Below the pieces are notes generated by a model that was given only the letters and a program-made list of their open reading frames with translations, was not told the DNA's origin and made no database searches. A stretch of 64,000 bases of DNA from an uncultured virus (IMG/VR IMGVR_UViG_3300027688_000004). Its lineage: Duplodnaviria; Heunggongvirae; Uroviricota; Caudoviricetes. The DNA lies in the IMG/VR virus record IMGVR_UViG_3300027688_000004. One strand, 5' to 3'. Positions 58,400 through 64,000 of the stretch are shown piece after piece (the first letter of the stretch is position 1; the number at the start of each line of letters is the position of its first letter). The position numbers were made by a program, and so were the translations under genes.

Positions 58400-59117
58400 C
58401 CCAGCGAACCCTACCCCTGCACCAATGCAGGTTGGAGCGGCCGCCAGCCCAACCACTGGAATGCCTGAGATCGGGATGCCCGTGCGGGCATACACTACCG
58501 AGGCATTCAGGGGGACGGTTGCCGCCCCAAGGACCCTAGACGCTATCGCGGGGACAGTTGCCGCCCCAAGGACCCTAGACGCTATCGCGGGGATGCCAGC
58601 TTCACCCCGAGAAGCGGGGGACAAGGTCGGGGCAGCAAATCCCGCCCCTGACCCTGTGCCCACGCAGGTTGGCGCGGTTGCTAACCCAAACCCCGGGATG
58701 CCTGAGATTGGAATGGCTGTGCGGGCATACACGACCGAGACATTTATTGGGATGGTTGCTACCCCAAAGATCCTAGACGCTATCGCGGGGATGCCCGCTA
58801 CCCCAAAGATCCTAGACGCTATTGCAGGGATGCCCGCTTCTCCGCGAGAAGCGGGAGACCGGATCGGGGTAGCGAACCCAACCCCCCGTTCGGAAGTAAC
58901 CATCACGATACCCCCGGCTTTCCCGATGGACCCAAAAGAGGCTTTCTCTATGGTAGACGAGCAGCTATCATTGCCTCCGCAGCAAGAACCAAAAGAGTTC
59001 CGGGAGATACGTGCGAACACGGAAGATCTGGTGCTGGAATCAACGGAGGCTTTAGTTGCAAGGTCTTACCAAACCCTCGAAGGTGCTCGGTCAGATATAG
59101 ACAGGTGGTCGCTGTGA
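58176..59117 (+). CDS. Pro/Ala-rich repeat protein at the tape-measure position
   Basis: Repeats LDAIAG(T/M), GMPEIGM.VRAYTTE, PASPREAGD. Confidence 0.55.
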   Translation: MDEISDLIRLLAEAPAEEAPMFRPKEFLDRLALEKVAQEGIRPEGPAVPDADAKSNESLTGTPSKFNLSPPGEHNPANPTPAPMQVGAAASPTTGMPEIGMPVRAYTTEAFRGTVAAPRTLDAIAGTVAAPRTLDAIAGMPASPREAGDKVGAANPAPDPVPTQVGAVANPNPGMPEIGMAVRAYTTETFIGMVATPKILDAIAGMPATPKILDAIAGMPASPREAGDRIGVANPTPRSEVTITIPPAFPMDPKEAFSMVDEQLSLPPQQEPKEFREIRANTEDLVLESTEALVARSYQTLEGARSDIDRWSL

Positions 59118-59875
59118 TCTATAAGTACGGCTCCTACTCCCATGACCAAGACGAGGTCATGGTACGCACCTCGATCCAAGGGATCTTCGACCGGTTCAAT
59201 CGCCGCATGGGCGGCACTGTCGAGCACACCATCGTTGGCGTGAAGAAAGTTGCGGACAATGTTAACCCTTTGGTCACGCAGGCGAATCTTACCACCGCGC
59301 TTCAGGCCCTTACCGCGGCGTACGACACCGACTACAACGACTTCGGACTCTACCTGAACGACGGGGCAACGCCGACTGAGCACCAGGTGCTTAACTCTTC
59401 GACCTTCGGCGGTACAAAGGTAATGGTTAAGCCTTCCTTTATGAACGGCCCTTGGGGTGGGCGGATCGAGTACCTGAACCGCCGTATGTACTATATCGTG
59501 CTTCGCGCCGAGATCCGCATTGGATCCGGTCTGTACAGCTGGAACGAGAGACTAACTATTCGCGGGACTGGAAGTCCGAAGTGGAGGTACAGCCCTCAAG
59601 AAAATGGGTTTCCTCAAGTACAGACTTTGCAGACCGCCACCACGTTCTGGTATGTTCAAGAAGGGGAGTGCGTTGGCAGGCAAGACTGGGAGCCTCCAGC
59701 AGACCCGCTATTCCCGATCATAGAGCACGGAGAGATGAGGGTACGCACATTCGAGACTGCTAAGGATGTGGTGGTCGGCGGTCAGGAGATGTTTGCCTCG
59801 TCGTGGAAGTACTTCATGGAAGCCTCTCTGGACCAAGGCTTCAACGCTTTAATGGTCCCATCGGTGAACGCATAA
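59114..59875 (+). CDS. Distal tail-like protein (putative)
   Basis: GTGA and TAATG coupling; position. Confidence 0.5.
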   Translation: MIYKYGSYSHDQDEVMVRTSIQGIFDRFNRRMGGTVEHTIVGVKKVADNVNPLVTQANLTTALQALTAAYDTDYNDFGLYLNDGATPTEHQVLNSSTFGGTKVMVKPSFMNGPWGGRIEYLNRRMYYIVLRAEIRIGSGLYSWNERLTIRGTGSPKWRYSPQENGFPQVQTLQTATTFWYVQEGECVGRQDWEPPADPLFPIIEHGEMRVRTFETAKDVVVGGQEMFASSWKYFMEASLDQGFNALMVPSVNA

Positions 59876-61506
59876 TGGCTTGGTCATTTCCTGGAGTGAG
59901 CTACCCTGTTGAGCTGATTTACACTCAGACGCTCGGATTCCAACCAGACATCGTACTCATGCGTAGCTTACCGCAGAGCGGGGCGGTGCCAATTGAGGGG
60001 ACGGTGACTCTGACATGGGGTGCAGTCACTATAGCCCTCCCTAACTGTGTAGTAGACCTCGGCTCAGTTAACCTGACAGATGACGGGAGGTTCCTGCTAT
60101 TCAAAACCTTTGACCGGAGGGAGCGGTGGAAATTAGCTGCCCCACTTTCAGGAGAGTACAATACTATCCGAGCCGGGGCTTTTACCGCTGCTAGGCAGAG
60201 GACACTGCGACAGCTCGGTACGATTCTGATGACTGCTCTAGGGGAAGCGGGAGCGGATGTGTCTGTCCTGCCGACGAACGTCTACCCTCCGGTATCGTGG
60301 GAGTGCGTAGGTGTAATTGAAGCAGCCCAGGCACTGTTTGAAGGGTACGGGTATTCGGTTGCTTTAGGGTTTGGCGCAGAGGCGGTTAAAGTCGTCCAGA
60401 TGGGGACTGGTGCTGCCTTATCTACGGTAGACAAGTTCATAGGATCTGACACCCTCGACCCAAGGCTGAAGCCCCGGTATATCCGAAATTGCTTTGGTCC
60501 GTCAGTAGCACAGGTACGCCTAAAGCTAGAGGCGGTTGGACTGGACACCGACGATACTTGGAGGACGATAGACACCCTGTCTTTTACTCCGGCAGGCGGA
60601 TGGGCTTTGTCTGCACCGTACAGCCTGCCGAATTTAGATTCCCTAGAAGCCAATGGGTACGTCCGTAGAGCGTACCGGGTCATGGGCTTCGCAGACGGTA
60701 CGCTGACTATCCCGGATGGGTCCGGGGCCATCGCGGATGTCACGGATATACTGCCAATCCAAAACCGCCTATTGTTGACGGAGTCAACCCGTCCGGATTT
60801 ATCATATCAACCATTTAAGGTTTACGGGAAGTACCACAAAGAGGAAGATGAGACAGGGGAGCCGCCAATTCCGGGAGGGGCTGATACGGTAATAGGGGAT
60901 GAGGTTATCGGCAGGAGGATGAGCTTTGACGGGGAGAACGGGATCGTCATCTTCGAGGAACCGATCTGGTATGTAAATGCCGGAGCGTACTCTGCTGCAG
61001 ACCTGTGGTTGGAAGTTACGATTCAGATCCGACACGCTACTAATTTTTCTTGGAAGCACTATGAGTACGACAAGGAGGTCTCACCGACCTCTGTCGGGTA
61101 CCATACCGTTCGACACGAGCAGCGGGCAGAAACGGTGGTCGCATATAACACCAGTCACGTAGTCACTGGTTCATCAAACAATCAGGCGGCTCTTAACGCC
61201 TTGGGAGACGCTTGGGCGACAATGGTGGCGGCAACTTACGCCACTGCGTCCTCCCAGCACATCGTCTACTGCGCCCCAAAATTGGCACTGAGATGTGACG
61301 GGGCGATCATTCAGGTCCAGCACATAATGACCTGCGGAGAGCTTGGACACGCCGTGAATCGAACCACGGCATCCCGAAACTTCGAGTTCGACCGGGGTAT
61401 ACCCGCCAAGCGGCAACGTATCGCGTACCTTCAATCCTTGGCATCCGCCCCAAGAGTGGCTGCGGGGGAGTATAAGACTAGAAGGATGGTCAACGCCGAT
61501 GACTGA
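59875..61506 (+). CDS. Baseplate hub / tail tip protein (putative)
   Basis: ~540 aa; position after the Dit-like gene. Confidence 0.5.
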   Translation: MAWSFPGVSYPVELIYTQTLGFQPDIVLMRSLPQSGAVPIEGTVTLTWGAVTIALPNCVVDLGSVNLTDDGRFLLFKTFDRRERWKLAAPLSGEYNTIRAGAFTAARQRTLRQLGTILMTALGEAGADVSVLPTNVYPPVSWECVGVIEAAQALFEGYGYSVALGFGAEAVKVVQMGTGAALSTVDKFIGSDTLDPRLKPRYIRNCFGPSVAQVRLKLEAVGLDTDDTWRTIDTLSFTPAGGWALSAPYSLPNLDSLEANGYVRRAYRVMGFADGTLTIPDGSGAIADVTDILPIQNRLLLTESTRPDLSYQPFKVYGKYHKEEDETGEPPIPGGADTVIGDEVIGRRMSFDGENGIVIFEEPIWYVNAGAYSAADLWLEVTIQIRHATNFSWKHYEYDKEVSPTSVGYHTVRHEQRAETVVAYNTSHVVTGSSNNQAALNALGDAWATMVAATYATASSQHIVYCAPKLALRCDGAIIQVQHIMTCGELGHAVNRTTASRNFEFDRGIPAKRQRIAYLQSLASAPRVAAGEYKTRRMVNADD

Positions 61507-62185
61507 GCGAGTAACTGGGGAGCACCGGACAACGACGAAGCTCGGTGATACTGTGAAGTGGGTGAACGTGGCGGGAATGTCCATCCCGGCGTATGGTGTC
61601 GTCCAGCTAAGTACCAACTACGCCGGAGGGCGAAGCCAAGCCACTCGGCCGACGAGCGGGACCGGACTGTTCTTTGTGAATGGGCCTGTCGCCGTAGCAT
61701 CCACAAAGAAGGGCGAGGCCCTCCTGTGGAACCGGGCTCGGCTGGTACTGGTGAGCGGAGCCCCCACGGTCGGAGACGAAGTTGGGCCGGTTGCTGGGTC
61801 CTTCTCTATGTCCTCCAGCGGGGCGGGGTACCGCGTCTTCCATCAGGCGGTAGGCGGGGTGGCTGCGGTGCTGCAGATCGGCGGCGGCGGCGGCGGCACA
61901 CACGAAATCTGGTTCACAATAATAAGTGTTGAATGTGTTTCACCGACTGAAATGATTTTGACCGTCCAGCCGACTTGGTACACCGGCGGCTGCACGGCGG
62001 CAATTCCCGGTGAAGACTCCTATGGATATGTTGAAGTGGAAGATGTTTGTGAGATCCTGCTTTTCTACACGGCGGCGTGGCTGGTAGGCAAAACAGGCAG
62101 GGCTACATACATGTATCCCCGCACAGGAACATGTACTCCCAAGTGGTTGGTCGATACGATTTGCGGTACGCCGGAGTGCGCATAA
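61499..62185 (+). CDS. Tail tip-associated protein
   Basis: IPAYGVV motif, poly-Gly linker, Cys-containing C-terminal domain. Confidence 0.55.
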   Translation: MTERVTGEHRTTTKLGDTVKWVNVAGMSIPAYGVVQLSTNYAGGRSQATRPTSGTGLFFVNGPVAVASTKKGEALLWNRARLVLVSGAPTVGDEVGPVAGSFSMSSSGAGYRVFHQAVGGVAAVLQIGGGGGGTHEIWFTIISVECVSPTEMILTVQPTWYTGGCTAAIPGEDSYGYVEVEDVCEILLFYTAAWLVGKTGRATYMYPRTGTCTPKWLVDTICGTPECA

Positions 62186-62186
62186 A

Positions 62187-64000
62187 ATGGGGCCGGAATT
62201 CTGGACACCTGACAAGCCATTTAAGCTGAAAAAGTGCAGCGAGAAGAAGTCTTCGCCATGCAGTACCGAGACAGGCGGCTGTTGTGCTGTAATACCGTGC
62301 GAATACTGTCTTGAATTTATTGTGGCAGGCAAAGCAACGCGGTACGGCTTAGCCACTGAATCTGGTGGCCACTGGTACGGCACGATTGCAGGCGGGTCTT
62401 TTCATGCGTATTGGGACTCGTACTGCACTTTTGTCGTCGAATTAGACGGCGAAGAAATTTTTGTTAGTGGATGCAGTGGTACTATCTCCTGTCGAGACGC
62501 AAGCTCTCAGGCGACGGTAACAATTTACCCCGACACAGGACAACTGAAGTGGATCAAGCGAGAGCATAGACCGTTACCACATGCAGAAGAAGAAGACAGT
62601 TACTGCAAAACATTCTTCTGCGGAACCTGCGACTGCACATGCGATGCGTTGTGTGTGCGTGTACTTCGCCCGACATACTTCGATCCTCCGCCAGAATTTG
62701 ATCCGTATCTGTGTGAAGGGATGCTACCGATTTGTGGTATGTGTCCGGCAGTACCGACAGACTTTGATGTTCATGGAGAGATACCAGACACGCAAACAGA
62801 TCAATGCTTCGGCCCGGATTGGAAAGGCACTGTAGACGGTATCGTATTTTGGATAAAGCTACGACGTGGACCTTACGGTGAGTGCATCCTGTCAGGGACA
62901 GCGGACGGAGAACAGATACCGGAAAAGATCATTACGGACTGCAAGTCAATATCACACTCATGGACAATGGCTGACGGCACTTTCATTACGATTGCCTGTA
63001 AGGTGTGTGATTGTGAAAAAGATCCACCACCAGAGGTCAGTGATTGCTGCGACTCTGTTCCGTGCAAGTATTGTGTAACGCTCGCGTGCTACGGCGAAGA
63101 TCCCATTACAGTTGAATCTGATTATCTAGGGGGTGGCTGGGGAGGTATAATTCTTGGCAATACGTTTTCTATGTATTGGACTCGCGATTCATACGGCGAG
63201 TGCATCTTCGTTGTAGAATTTAACGGCGTAATTATTTATTCAAAAACAATAGCAGAAGGGCAATCATGCGAAGACAATAGCGATTCGGTGGGTGTCGTAA
63301 TCAATTACAGCGGCTGCACGCTGACGTGGATAAAGTATCAACCACGACCGATGAAGCAGTTTATTGATCCCGTGACTTACGAGCAGAGTTCGTTCTGCGG
63401 CACAGCAGACTGCGTGTGCCCTGTATTGGTTGCAATTCTCGAAGTCGCTGATCCTTATTGTTGCAACGTCACTGGATCACTAACTGCTGGTGGCGATCCG
63501 TGCGATGCACCCAATTGGATAGGCACTTTGATTTGCAACGGAATCCCGTACCTTATCTCAATCCAGTTATCACGCGACAGTTACGGGGCATGTGTTCTTG
63601 GAGGCACTATAAATGGCGAGCAACTAACTGGAGGGGCATCGGGAAATTCTGCCAGTAGCGTAGGTGGTCTCGGTGGCGTTGAATTCCGCATGGCGGATGG
63701 CACGGTACTTCATGTGAGTTGTCAGATATGCCGAGACCTTACGGTTGAAGAAAAGTGTGTAACAGGGTGCTGTTGGCCGGTGGTATACAATTATTTGTAC
63801 CCATGCGGATACAGAATTCCAGTCCCATTTGAAATCGTCTCTGCATGTGATTTGAATGGCCGCACTGGTGAATTTAATCCCGCTGGAGTATCAGACAGAG
63901 GGACGTGCGGATCATGCACGGCGGCACCTCCTGTGAGTATTGGACAGACAATGGGCTCAATTAAAATGCCATTGCCGGGCACGTCATACTGCAATGACAC
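62187..64000 (+). CDS. Cys-rich tail-region protein with ~255-aa tandem repeat; 3'-truncated (absent from the ORF track)
   Basis: Manual translation from MGPEFWTPDKPF is open to the window end (~604 codons, ~50 Cys). Confidence 0.85.
   Translation, partial: MGPEFWTPDKPFKLKKCSEKKSSPCSTETGGCCAVIPCEYCLEFIVAGKATRYGLATESGGHWYGTIAGGSFHAYWDSYCTFVVELDGEEIFVSGCSGTISCRDASSQATVTIYPDTGQLKWIKREHRPLPHAEEEDSYCKTFFCGTCDCTCDALCVRVLRPTYFDPPPEFDPYLCEGMLPICGMCPAVPTDFDVHGEIPDTQTDQCFGPDWKGTVDGIVFWIKLRRGPYGECILSGTADGEQIPEKIITDCKSISHSWTMADGTFITIACKVCDCEKDPPPEVSDCCDSVPCKYCVTLACYGEDPITVESDYLGGGWGGIILGNTFSMYWTRDSYGECIFVVEFNGVIIYSKTIAEGQSCEDNSDSVGVVINYSGCTLTWIKYQPRPMKQFIDPVTYEQSSFCGTADCVCPVLVAILEVADPYCCNVTGSLTAGGDPCDAPNWIGTLICNGIPYLISIQLSRDSYGACVLGGTINGEQLTGGASGNSASSVGGLGGVEFRMADGTVLHVSCQICRDLTVEEKCVTGCCWPVVYNYLYPCGYRIPVPFEIVSACDLNGRTGEFNPAGVSDRGTCGSCTAAPPVSIGQTMGSIKMPLPGTSYCND

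Larger units (their letters stand above)
1..64000. mobile_element. Tailed dsDNA bacteriophage genome segment (Caudoviricetes), truncated at both window ends
   Basis: Terminase, portal, capsid, tail genes, phage PolA replication module and primase; dense same-strand operons; no host housekeeping genes. Confidence 0.95.

Noticed and set aside
58118..59020. 300-aa antisense ORF, and many other antisense or shadow ORFs in the track
   Set aside because: They mirror longer coupled genes on the opposite strand in GC-rich DNA
62187..64000. Stop-codon recoding or pseudogene to explain the apparent ORF gap
   Set aside because: One frame is fully open to the window end; the track missed it because it has no stop codon
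1..64000. Diversity-generating retroelement, tRNA or rRNA genes
   Set aside because: No reverse transcriptase motif, no adenine-specific TR/VR pair and no tRNA cloverleaf noticed by eye; a tRNAscan/Infernal run would be needed to exclude RNA genes

Overview
The whole window is part of one tailed dsDNA phage genome, cut at both ends. The host is possibly a Planctomycete; that is an inference from gene content only. From left to right on the + strand: large low-complexity and polyvalent virion proteins (1-6.9 kb); a membrane protein / papain-like protease / thioredoxin-lipoprotein cluster; tail fibre-like genes; and an APSE-type replication module (DUF2800-like nuclease, DUF2815-like SSB, XRE HTH, family A DNA polymerase, VRR-NUC, SNF2 helicase). 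A ~9 kb minus-strand array of small unknown genes follows (23.7-33 kb), in which most genes are preceded by a repeated structured leader. Then come a divergent pair of genes including a sigma-region-2-like ORF; minus-strand csrA, thermonuclease and dNTP pyrophosphatase genes; a candidate origin; HNH-AP2; primase-helicase; and a recombinase with two tandem serine-resolvase domains. The window ends with the head, packaging and tail module and a very Cys-rich tail protein. Three observations stand out. (1) Eleven covarying UGCG-loop hairpin leaders, several with a boxA-like stretch before the RBS, punctuate the small-gene array like cassette boundaries. (2) A ~90-aa N-terminal domain is shared by two otherwise unrelated giant virion proteins 45 kb apart. 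(3) The recombinase has two serine catalytic domains. All family calls come from motif recognition by eye; no database searches were run.
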